A DNA stretch of 64,000 bases from an uncultured Dehalococcoidia bacterium (GTDB lineage Bacteria; Chloroflexota; Dehalococcoidia; Lucifugimonadales; UBA3495). Under the pieces are notes generated by a model. It made no database searches. It saw nothing but the letters and a program-made list of their open reading frames with translations, and was not told the origin of the DNA. Below are positions 9,789 to 18,373 of this stretch, in pieces; within the stretch, counting starts at the first letter, position 1; the number at the start of each line of letters is the position of its first letter. Where the stretch lies: contig CAZPMU010000004.1 of NCBI GenBank assembly GCA_964587795.1, positions 15,142 to 79,141 of the forward strand, given 5' to 3'. The position numbers and the translations under genes were made by a program.

Positions 9789-10103
9789 ATGCCCAAGTAT
9801 CTGGCCAAGGCTTCGTATTCCCAGGAAGGGTTGAATGTGCTCATCAAGGAAGGAGGCAGCGCGCGAAGTAACGCGATTGCCACCGCAATCAATTCGGTCG
9901 GGGGAACCGTGGAGGCGCTCTATTTCGCATTCGGAGAGGATGACCTTTACGTTGTTTTTGACGTACCGGAACGGACGCTGGCGACCGGTCTGGGTATGAA
10001 GATTGCGGCGGCGGGAGTCATCAGCTGGAATACTACGGCCCTGCTGACGCCCGAGGAAATCGACGACGCTTCCAGGGTGGCGGTGGACTACAGGGTCTCC
10101 TGA
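9789..10103 (+). CDS. GYD domain protein
   Basis: MPKYLAKASYSQEG...FGEDDLYVVFDVP. ATG 9789 follows GGAGGTGGA. Confidence 0.6.
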   Translation: MPKYLAKASYSQEGLNVLIKEGGSARSNAIATAINSVGGTVEALYFAFGEDDLYVVFDVPERTLATGLGMKIAAAGVISWNTTALLTPEEIDDASRVAVDYRVS

Positions 10104-10278
10104 GCCTGACTAACCGTAAAGCCGTACGGAAAATCGGGCCACATCGAAGCAGCCAGTCCGCCAACACCCCACCTCCTTTCCAGGCGGACCAGGCCAGCGG
10201 GTGTATAATTGCCGGACTGCGGATTGCTCACCGGAAGGCGAGGGTCGCAGTCCGGCAACTGTTTGGGAGGCAGCAACT

Positions 10279-11385
10279 ATGCGACTGGAACCCTTGAACC
10301 TGTTTGAACTGGAAGAACATGCTTCCAGGTTTATCAGTCCCCACGCCTGGGCCTTCATCGAAGGCGGGGCGCAGGACGAAGTTACGGTCAGGCGCAACCG
10401 GGCGGCGCTGGAAGCCATTACCCTGAGGCCGCGGTTCATGCAGGACGTTTCCAACCGGGACCTGTCCACCACGGTGCTGGGGGAGAAGATCAGCTTTCCG
10501 GTGATGGTGGCGCCGGCCGGGGGGCACCAGATGGCCCACCCGGAAGGGGAACTGGCCACTGCCCGGGGAGCAGGCGCGGCCGGGACGTTGATGACCCTGG
10601 CCACGGGCTCCCACTTCAGCATGGAACAGGTGGCGGAGGCTTCCGGCGGACCCTTGTGGTTCCAGCTTTACCACCAGGACCAAGAGACCAGCGCCATGCT
10701 GGTGAAGCGGGCGGAACGGGCAGGGTACAAGGCCATTGCCCTGACCATTGATACGCCGATAAACAGTCCCATTGAGCGGAGTATCCGTCACGGTTCGGAG
10801 CGGCCGCGGGGCTTTAACCCCGGCAACTTTGTTGGAGAAGAGGCGGGACTGGGGCTGGTGCCTGACACGCTGGAGGCGCTGTATTACCAGAGGCCGTGGA
10901 ATGTGCCGCTGACCTGGGCGGAACTGGGCTGGCTGCGGCAACAAACGTCGCTGCCCATTGTGCTGAAAGGAGTTCGTACAGCGGAGGATGCTTACCAGGC
11001 GGTGGAGAACGGCGTGGAGGGCATCTGGGTATCCAATCACGGAGCACGGCAGTTGGACGGCACCCTGTCTACCATCGAGATGCTGCCGGAAATTGTAGAA
11101 GCAGTCAAGGGTCGTGCGGAGATTTACATGGACTCGGGCATCCGGCGGGGGAGCGATGTTATCAAGGCCCTGTCGCTGGGCGCGCGGGCGGTGCTGGTAG
11201 GGCGGCCCCTGTTTTGGGGTCTGGCGTGGAACGGGGCAGACGGAGTGCGGCTGATGCTGGAGATTTTACGCCACGAGGTGGACCTGGTGCTGGGGCATTG
11301 CGGGCATACCTCGGTGGACACGTTGAACCCTGAGGTAGTGAACAACCCGCACACGGTTAATCCCCCGGCGGTCCAGGCCCCGTAG
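10279..11385 (+). CDS. FMN-dependent alpha-hydroxy acid dehydrogenase/oxidase (lactate/glycolate oxidase family)
   Basis: FQLY, LTIDTP, SNHGARQLD and DSGIRRGSDV motifs. ATG 10279 follows GGGAGG. Confidence 0.85.
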   Translation: MRLEPLNLFELEEHASRFISPHAWAFIEGGAQDEVTVRRNRAALEAITLRPRFMQDVSNRDLSTTVLGEKISFPVMVAPAGGHQMAHPEGELATARGAGAAGTLMTLATGSHFSMEQVAEASGGPLWFQLYHQDQETSAMLVKRAERAGYKAIALTIDTPINSPIERSIRHGSERPRGFNPGNFVGEEAGLGLVPDTLEALYYQRPWNVPLTWAELGWLRQQTSLPIVLKGVRTAEDAYQAVENGVEGIWVSNHGARQLDGTLSTIEMLPEIVEAVKGRAEIYMDSGIRRGSDVIKALSLGARAVLVGRPLFWGLAWNGADGVRLMLEILRHEVDLVLGHCGHTSVDTLNPEVVNNPHTVNPPAVQAP

Positions 11386-11552
11386 CTTCTGCCATTGTCT
11401 TCGTGACGGGTAGCCCGGCAGTCCCATAAAGCGCATGTGACGACGGGGAGCGTCACCCCCCAACCCAACCTTCCCCCTTTACGGGGGAAGGGGACAGGTC
11501 CACCTTCGCCAATACCAGACTTCACCGCGAACGTGCCTTTCAGTCCATTTTC

Positions 11553-12482
11553 TTAGTCGCCGAAATGCTCCACCAGCTTGGATTGGAATTCATCGGGTGT
11601 GAAGGAATACTCCTGTGTGCCCAGTTTCCGGATGGCGTAGTGGGAGCACACCGTACCCATCATCACCGCCCTTTCCAGGGAAATCCCCTCAACGAGGCCC
11701 TTGATCAGGCCGCCCCGGAAGGCGTCCCCCGCCCCAGTGGGATCCACGAGATCGGGGGTTGGCACTACGGGCACCGGTATGGCGCCCAGGCGGGTGAGAA
11801 TTTCCGTGCCATTTTCACCTTTGGTGGTAACGACGGTGCCAGCCATTTCCACCAGTTCTTCGGTGGACTTACCCGTCTTGTCCTTGATCAAGGCCAGTTC
11901 GTAGTCGTTGGAAACAAGGATATTTGACTGGGCTATACAGGTAGCCAGGTCGTCGCCGGCCCAGGCGGGAAGAGACTGGCCGGGGTCGAAAATGGTGTAG
12001 ATGCCAAGCCTGTGATGGGTCTCGGTGAACTCGGCCATGTCCTGGAGGTTACCGGGGGCCACGATAGCCATACACTCGCGGGGATTGACGGCGCCGAAGT
12101 CGAAACCGGCCTGCTGCTTCATGGCGCCGGGGTTGAAGCCGGTAATCTGGTTGTCGGCAAGATCGGTGGTGATGTAGGCGGAGGCAGTGGCCTCCTCGTT
12201 AACCACGCGGATGTTGCCGGTGTCCAGACCGCAATCCTCCAGCCACTGGAAGTAGCGGTGGTAATCATGGCCGATAGTAGCAACGATACGGGGCTTTTCG
12301 CCCAGCAGGGTCAGGCTGTAGGCGATATTGCCAGCGGTGCCGCCGAAGTTTTCCTTCAGGCCGTTCACCATAAAGCTGACATTTATCATGTGGATTTTGT
12401 CGGGCATGATGTGGTCGGAAAAGCGCCCGGGAAAATCCATAATGCGGTCGTAAGCCAGGGAACCGGATACCAGAATTTCCAT
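11553..12482 (-). CDS. PfkB family carbohydrate/nucleoside kinase
   Basis: GGTAGN and DPTGAGDAFRGG signature motifs. Confidence 0.8.
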   Translation of the reverse strand: MEILVSGSLAYDRIMDFPGRFSDHIMPDKIHMINVSFMVNGLKENFGGTAGNIAYSLTLLGEKPRIVATIGHDYHRYFQWLEDCGLDTGNIRVVNEEATASAYITTDLADNQITGFNPGAMKQQAGFDFGAVNPRECMAIVAPGNLQDMAEFTETHHRLGIYTIFDPGQSLPAWAGDDLATCIAQSNILVSNDYELALIKDKTGKSTEELVEMAGTVVTTKGENGTEILTRLGAIPVPVVPTPDLVDPTGAGDAFRGGLIKGLVEGISLERAVMMGTVCSHYAIRKLGTQEYSFTPDEFQSKLVEHFGD

Positions 12483-12714
12483 GCTGTTACATTCCTCTTG
12501 ATGCGATTGGGACGAATTTCAGAATAGCCTGAAGGCCGGTTCACTCTAACCGAATAAGCAGGCTGGCGCAACGGCGGTCAAGGGCATTCGCTACAGGAGA
12601 CCTACCCTCTTGAATCGTTTGCCGCAGGCCCGAGTTTCCGCCGCGCGGAAACGACGGACCGCCCCTGTATTTGAATGAGAGACTTTACCGGCGGTCCCGG
12701 GTGAGGATGGCGTG

Positions 12715-13461
12715 TCAGCACCCGTACTGACCCCTCAATGCACCACCAAATGCCGCCGTTTCACCGGCCTCCAGTCCTGCCTTTTCAAATTCCCCGGCAT
12801 TAATTTCGAGAACAAACCTGGCGGGTGATCCCGGGGAAAAGCGGGGCAGATCGGCCAGCCCCTGACCGGGTTCAGGAATCGGGGCATTGAGCGTGGCATC
12901 GACTACCTGGCAACCGGAGTCAATCCAGACCATGTCCAGGGGGAAGTTCATGTCGGGCATCCAGAAGGTGAGGCGCTGGTCCTGCTCGAAAATGAACAGC
13001 ATACCCGTGCCCTGGGGCAGGTCTTCCCTTCCGGAGAGCCCTTGGCTTCGCTGGGCAGGGGTGACGGCAAGGTCCACAGGCCAGGTGGTATCTCCGATGG
13101 TGACGCTGGGCTGAATGGAGTCCGGCGTTGCCTCAACCGTGGGCAGGACCGGCGCCGTTGGGGCTGGCACGGCCGTTGGCAGCTGGGTGGCAGCCGGGGG
13201 CTCCACCACAGCCGTCAAGGGAGCAGGTGTTGGCAGTTCCGTTGCCGCTGGCAGGGGACTGCTGGTGGGAAGAGTGGTTGCCGCGGCCGCCGGGGTTGCA
13301 GTGGGCAGCAGAGTGGAGGGGGGCAACGGGCTGGCCTCGGGAAGTGGCGTGAGTGTGGGCAACTGGGGTGGCAAGGCTACAGGTTCGGCAAGGCCGCTTT
13401 CGGTGCAGGCGGCAATAAGTGCGAACAAGACGAACAGTATCGGGATAACTAAGAGACGCAT
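12715..13461 (-). CDS. Lipoprotein with Pro/Thr/Ala-rich linker and C-terminal DUF192 domain
   Basis: Lipobox LIAAC. The DUF192-like core is GLSGREDLPQGTGMLFIF...FWMPDMNFPLDMVWID. Confidence 0.6.
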   Translation of the reverse strand: MRLLVIPILFVLFALIAACTESGLAEPVALPPQLPTLTPLPEASPLPPSTLLPTATPAAAATTLPTSSPLPAATELPTPAPLTAVVEPPAATQLPTAVPAPTAPVLPTVEATPDSIQPSVTIGDTTWPVDLAVTPAQRSQGLSGREDLPQGTGMLFIFEQDQRLTFWMPDMNFPLDMVWIDSGCQVVDATLNAPIPEPGQGLADLPRFSPGSPARFVLEINAGEFEKAGLEAGETAAFGGALRGQYGC

Positions 13462-13691
13462 AGTTCAAGACATGGGAATGGAGTGTCCTGGTCCCATCAG
13501 CTCAACTCTCGGGGAACCTCTGAGTAATTCATCGCCACTCCGGCGGAAGCTGTAATCCACAACTGGCAGGCGTCACAGCCGGATATGAATGGAATGCTGT
13601 CATTCCCTTCCCAACTTTCCCCCGTAGAGGGTGCAGGGCCTTGTTTAGAGGAATCCTGGACGACCCTGACACTCCACTGAAGCCGCCGGTC

Positions 13692-14477
13692 CTACCCAAT
13701 CTCCTCTCTGATGGTCTGCATCCGCTCTCTCAATGACCGCAGCAGTACCGATGGCGGCGGCGGGGCTACGTGGGTGTAGCCGACGCCCAGTTCCAGCAAT
13801 TCCCTGGGGCCCAGGGGCATGGCGGCGTGGTTCATGGGGAACTGCATTTTGGCCTTGCCGATGCCCTTTATTCGGCCAGCCAATTCCTCCAGCTTGGCCC
13901 GAAGTTCAGGGCTCTGTGGGTCGCGGATTCCCATGAACTCGGAGAAGTCGGTGGGGCCAATGGAGACCAGGTCAATGCCATCCAAGGCGGCGATGGCCTC
14001 GATATCGTTTACGCCCCGTTCGTCCTCGGTCATCACCGAGAGCAGAATCTGCTCGTTGGACTGGCGGCAGTGGTCGTCCCAGGAGATGGTGCCGTAGCCG
14101 GCAGCCCGGGTGCTGCCTGCCCCGCCCCGACGGCCCATGGGCGGATAGCGCACTGCTTCCACCGCGCGCCTGGCGCCCTCCAGTCCATCCACGTGGGGGA
14201 TGATTATCCCCTCGGCTCCGGCGTCGAGGATTCGGAGGATCAGTTTTTCGTCGTTGTCGGGCACCCGAATAATCGAGGTTACTCCGGCCAGGTCTGCGGC
14301 GCGAATCATCTCGCCCACCAGGCGCAGGTCGAAGTCGGTGTGCTCCATGTCGATAAAGGCGGCGTCATAGCCTGCCAGGCCTATAATCTCAACAATCTGG
14401 GGGTCAGCGAAGGTCACATAGGTACCCAGGGCCAGTTTGCCCTCGCGCATCACCCTTTTCACCCGGTTTTCACGCAT
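13692..14477 (-). CDS. HpcH/HpaI family aldolase
   Basis: FIDMEHT...IIRVP...RYPPMGRRG pattern of class II 2-keto-3-deoxy-acid aldolases. Confidence 0.8.
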   Translation of the reverse strand: MRENRVKRVMREGKLALGTYVTFADPQIVEIIGLAGYDAAFIDMEHTDFDLRLVGEMIRAADLAGVTSIIRVPDNDEKLILRILDAGAEGIIIPHVDGLEGARRAVEAVRYPPMGRRGGAGSTRAAGYGTISWDDHCRQSNEQILLSVMTEDERGVNDIEAIAALDGIDLVSIGPTDFSEFMGIRDPQSPELRAKLEELAGRIKGIGKAKMQFPMNHAAMPLGPRELLELGVGYTHVAPPPPSVLLRSLRERMQTIREEIG

Positions 14478-14594
14478 GAAAGACTCCTTCCCGAAATTAG
14501 TACCGGCCCATTATTCACCACGACCGCCTCGGGTGCAACATTGACACCTGTGGGGGCCAGGGTTCAAGGTCGGGCGGTTTCCAGTAAGAAACCA

Positions 14595-14617
14595 GGGCAG
14601 ACCCACAGAAGTCTGCC
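14595..14617 (+). repeat. GC-rich palindromic intergenic element, family B
   Basis: gggcagacccacagaagtctgcc, with stem GGCAGAC/GTCTGCC. Lies in the divergent intergenic region. Confidence 0.55.
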
Positions 14618-14728
14618 ACCAGGAAGGCAGGGCTCTTACGGGCTAAACCGGAGGTTCGTTTGATTAACCCCGGTGGTTGGGCTAAAATCCGATTCATTCC
14701 AATTTACGATCTGGAGGCTTGAACGAGA

Positions 14729-15922
14729 ATGTTGCCCGGCGCGCTGGATGGAGTAAAAGTGCTGGACCTGAGCGAGGATATCGCCGGTTCGTTTTGCGCG
14801 CGCCTGCTGGCGGACTATGGCGCCGACGTGCTGAAGGTGGAACCACCCGGGGGCGCGGCCCTGCGGCGAATGGGGCCCTTTTTTCACGATGACCCGCATC
14901 CGGAGAAGAGCCTGTTCTTCCTGGCGCTCAACCTGAACAAGAAGGGAACGACCCTGAACCTGGAAACGGTTACGGGGCAGGCCATTCTGAAGCACCTGAT
15001 TCCGCAGGTGGACGTTGTCGTCGAGAGCTTCCGGCCAGGGCATTTGGCGTCACTAGGCCTGGGGTACGAAGAGCTGGAGGCGTTGAATCCTGCGCTGACG
15101 ATGACTTCCATCACCCCCTTTGGGCAGGATGGTCCCTACAGCCAGTACCGGGGCGAGGAGATCGTCAACTACGCCATGGGCATGATAATGAGCATCAGCG
15201 GGGTACAGGGACGGGAGCCGCTGAAGCACGGGGGCTTCCAGGCCCAGTACGAGGGGGGCCTGTTTGCCGCCGCCACCACGTCCATGGCCCTGTTTGGAAG
15301 CGAGTTTACCGGCATCGGCGAGCACATCGACGTTTCCATCACCGAGTGCATCGCCTCCACAATGATGGCCACCCAGACCATGTACCCCTTCATGGGTGGC
15401 ACCCAGGTGCGGCGGCGGGCCAGCGGCAGTATGTTCGGCCATCCCATGCCGTGCCAGGACGGGTGGATCATCGTTCAGACGGGCGGTGGGGCGTCGTGGG
15501 AAGACCTGGCCGAGTTCTTCCAGTGTCCTGAAATGCTGGAGGAGCGTTTTGCCGACCGGGCGCAGCGGGCAGTGAACGGCGAGGAACTGGACCGCATTGT
15601 CATCGAGTCCATTAAGGAAAGGAGCAAGTGGGAGCTGTTTCCCAAGGCGGCGGAATACCGCATGCTGTTCGGACTGGTTCAGACACCTTCGGAACTGGTG
15701 GACTGCCCTCAGCTGGAGTCGAGAAACTTCTTCCGCGAAATTGAGCATCCGGTGCTGGGCAAGGTGAAGGTGCCTGCCGAGTTGTTCAAACTGAGCGAGA
15801 CTCCCTACAGACCGGAGCGATCAGCGCCAACCCTGGGCCAGCACAACCGGGAGATTTACGTGGACGGCCTGGAGTATGACGACCAACAGTTTGCGAGGCT
15901 CAGGCAGTTGAACGTGATTTAG
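14729..15922 (+). CDS. Family III (CaiB/BaiF) CoA-transferase
   Basis: GVKVLDLSEDIAGSFCARLLADYGADVLKVEPPGG N-terminal signature. LGQHN near the C-terminus. Confidence 0.85.
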   Translation: MLPGALDGVKVLDLSEDIAGSFCARLLADYGADVLKVEPPGGAALRRMGPFFHDDPHPEKSLFFLALNLNKKGTTLNLETVTGQAILKHLIPQVDVVVESFRPGHLASLGLGYEELEALNPALTMTSITPFGQDGPYSQYRGEEIVNYAMGMIMSISGVQGREPLKHGGFQAQYEGGLFAAATTSMALFGSEFTGIGEHIDVSITECIASTMMATQTMYPFMGGTQVRRRASGSMFGHPMPCQDGWIIVQTGGGASWEDLAEFFQCPEMLEERFADRAQRAVNGEELDRIVIESIKERSKWELFPKAAEYRMLFGLVQTPSELVDCPQLESRNFFREIEHPVLGKVKVPAELFKLSETPYRPERSAPTLGQHNREIYVDGLEYDDQQFARLRQLNVI

Positions 15923-16006
15923 GCGGAGGACGGGACGAGTCTCTATCCGCATAACGCTGGGCCGGCTCAGCAGCCCTGAAAAAACAAGCAAGAGGTAACC
16001 ACCACA

Positions 16007-17362
16007 ATGCCCAGACTTCCCCTGGAAGGCATCCGAATCCTGGACTCGACCTACGTTTTCGCCTTGCCCTATGCCGGCGGTCACCTGGCTGACCTGGGAG
16101 CGGAGGTGATCAAGATTGAGGGACCCGGGCGGCCGGATGTTACCCGTACCGGAGGTTATGCCGGCTCCTTTCCTGAAAACCAGGCGGGCGAGGAATGGTG
16201 GAACAAACCGTCCACCTACAACCTGCTGAACCGGGGGAAGAAGTCGCTGGTCCTGGACATGGGCGACGAACGGGGTAGGGACCTGTTCCGGGAACTGGTG
16301 GCGGTCAGCGACGTGGTGATGGAGAACTTCACGCCCCGGGTGATGCGCCGCTGGGGGCTGGACTATCCCAACTTGCGGAAAATCAAGCCGGACATCATCC
16401 TGGTCTCCAACACGGGCTACGGGCACGGTGACGGGCCTTATTCCGGATACCCGGCCCAGGCAACCACCCAGGAAGGTACCCACGGGCACTGCTGGGTTAC
16501 GGGCTACCTGAACGGCGAACCGGCCAAGGCGGGGGCCTCTTTCGTGGACTTCTTATCCACCTGGAGCGCGATTTTTGCCCTGGGCGCGGCCCTACGCTAC
16601 CGCAACCGGACGGGCAAGGGGCAATGGATTGATATTGCCATGTACCAGGCGGGGGTGATGTTCCTCTCCGAGTACCTGATGGACGCCGCCATTAACGGCA
16701 GGGAGGGTGGCCGCATGGGCAACCGGCATCCCTACCGGGCTCCCCAGGGCTGTTATCCGGCGCTGGGCAAGGACCAGTGGGTAACCCTGTCGGTGGGCAG
16801 CGACGAGGAATGGCAGTCGCTGTGCCGGCTGATGGGCAAAGATGAACTGGCGACTGACGTCCGATTTGCCGATATATTGTCACGGCGCCGCAACCACGAC
16901 GAGGCGGACGAGATCATCGCTGAGTGGACCGCCGCCACGGACAAGTATGAACTGATGCACCTGATACAGGGAGCGGGCATTCCGTCGGGACCAGTCCTGA
17001 CGGGACGGGACATTCACTACGACCCGCACTACAGGCACCGGGGCTTCCTGGAACGGGTGGACTTCCCGGAAGAGCGGGAAGTGGGCAGCAGGTTCCTGAT
17101 GGGACGGCCCTACAAGTACAGTAACACACCAATGTCTATCAAAGGGCCAGGCCCCAAGTTCGGGCAGGACAATGAGAACTTGCTTAAGGAACTGCTGGCC
17201 CTGGACGAAGGCGCTTACCAGTCCCTGCTGGATGACGCCATCACCACGACCACGCCTACAAGTGGTGAACCGTCCCCCCAGATGGAACCCACTCGGGCCG
17301 TGGAGCTGGGTCTGCTGGCGGAGTACGACCCGGAATACCTGGAGAAGCTGGGGCTGGTCTAG
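16007..17362 (+). CDS. Family III (CaiB/BaiF) CoA-transferase
   Basis: GIRILDSTYVFALPYAGGHLADLGAEVIKIEGPG signature. Adjacent paralog of 14729..15922. Confidence 0.85.
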   Translation: MPRLPLEGIRILDSTYVFALPYAGGHLADLGAEVIKIEGPGRPDVTRTGGYAGSFPENQAGEEWWNKPSTYNLLNRGKKSLVLDMGDERGRDLFRELVAVSDVVMENFTPRVMRRWGLDYPNLRKIKPDIILVSNTGYGHGDGPYSGYPAQATTQEGTHGHCWVTGYLNGEPAKAGASFVDFLSTWSAIFALGAALRYRNRTGKGQWIDIAMYQAGVMFLSEYLMDAAINGREGGRMGNRHPYRAPQGCYPALGKDQWVTLSVGSDEEWQSLCRLMGKDELATDVRFADILSRRRNHDEADEIIAEWTAATDKYELMHLIQGAGIPSGPVLTGRDIHYDPHYRHRGFLERVDFPEEREVGSRFLMGRPYKYSNTPMSIKGPGPKFGQDNENLLKELLALDEGAYQSLLDDAITTTTPTSGEPSPQMEPTRAVELGLLAEYDPEYLEKLGLV

Positions 17363-17450
17363 ATTCGCTCCAGTCCCAGGACTGGGCGGCAAAGGGCCCC
17401 GGCCCCATCCTTGACACGGTAACCAGCCCTCTTTAAGCTGGATGAATGGA

Positions 17451-17522
17451 GGGCCTGTAGCTCAGTGGAAGAGCAACCGGCTCATAACCGGTAGGTCGCT
17501 GGTTCGAACCCAGCCGGGCCCA
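17451..17522 (+). tRNA. tRNA-Met (anticodon CAT, elongator type; lysidine-modified Ile2 not excluded); CCA not encoded
   Basis: Hand-folded cloverleaf: acceptor GGGCCTG/CGGGCCC, D stem GCTC/GAGC, anticodon stem ACCGG/CCGGT with loop CTCATAA, T arm GCTGG-TTCGAAC-CCAGC. Confidence 0.85.
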
Positions 17523-17532
17523 CTTTTGTCAT

Positions 17533-18076
17533 CCCCTCCCCTTGGGTTCCTCCCGCTTATCCTCTGTACGAGAGCTTGCGCTCCACTTAGATACCCCTGA
17601 CCTTTGGTTTATCTGGACCAACTGGTGGTCCACAGAGAACCGGCGCGTTAGCCAGCATCAGCAAACCGCCCCGAAGTTGTTCCCTTGGAACAAGCCTTCG
17701 GCCCGCTGGGTCTGGCGGATATAGCAGATGATTCTCTCCACGTCCTTCTCCTCCACACTGGGTACGGGCGCCACGTCTCCAAAGGGCCAGTGGAGCCTGG
17801 AACGCCCTGGGCAACGGCGTTGCGGATGCTGAAGTCGGAGTGGTGGCCGGGGTGATAAGCGCGATGGATCAAGGGCGGGCCAATGCTGGTGCCGACGGCC
17901 TCCAACCCGTGGCAGGCACAACAGTTGGTGTTGAGCAGGTCTTCTCCCTGTCGGGCCGTTACAGCTACATCCAGGACTCCCACAGGTTGTTGTTGTTCCA
18001 CGGCCACCGCTAATGGAGCCCTCACCGGGGCGACAGATTTACGTCCGCAGTCGGAAACGAACACCAAGGCAACCAT
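17533..18076. repeat. Direct repeat R1 (about 540 bp, roughly 85% identical to R2 at 29401..29941)
   Basis: Manual alignment to 29401..29941. Both copies contain the hairpin TGGACCA-N5-TGGTCCA and the cytochrome c coding sequence. Similarity ends at ggcaaccat. Confidence 0.85.
17658..18076 (-). pseudogene. Cytochrome c remnant (5'-truncated, 1-nt frameshift)
   Basis: The N-part (MVALVFVSDCG...NCCACHG...AQGVPG) and C-part (HWPFGDVAPVPSVEEKDVERIICYIRQTQRAEGLF) are in different frames. Relative to the intact copy, one G is missing near 17797-17801. The signal peptide N-region is missing. Confidence 0.75.
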
Positions 18077-18373
18077 GCCTCAAAGCCCGCTCCTGACCAA
18101 CTATCCCAATCCCCACGCAGCCGATTAATCCCCACAGCCAGGGGGCACCTTCGCCCAACCCCCGCGGAACGCCTTCCAGAATCCAGATATTCTTGCAAAA
18201 GAGAACCGAAAGTGAAGAATTCTGAGTTTTGCTCGTTCACCTTTGTTATCCAGGAAGAATTGCTTTTACACTGGTTTGTAAAACTCTCGGGGCCCGCCGG
18301 GCGAAAGTGACGCCAACCTGGCAGGCGGAAGTTGTTGATGCTCGAGTAGCAGCCCCTTAGCAGGAAAGATGGA

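Noticed and set aside
12950-13380. Apparent repetitive DNA in the DUF192 lipoprotein gene
   Set aside because: It encodes a Pro/Thr/Ala-rich low-complexity linker. No exact tandem repeat unit could be defined.
17363-18373. Integrase, transposase or att-site signature next to tRNA-Met, as expected for a classical genomic island
   Set aside because: No such ORF exists on either strand. Only a weak 5-7 nt resemblance between the tRNA 3' end (gggcccac) and the sequence preceding R2 (ggtcccac) was seen, which is too short to interpret.
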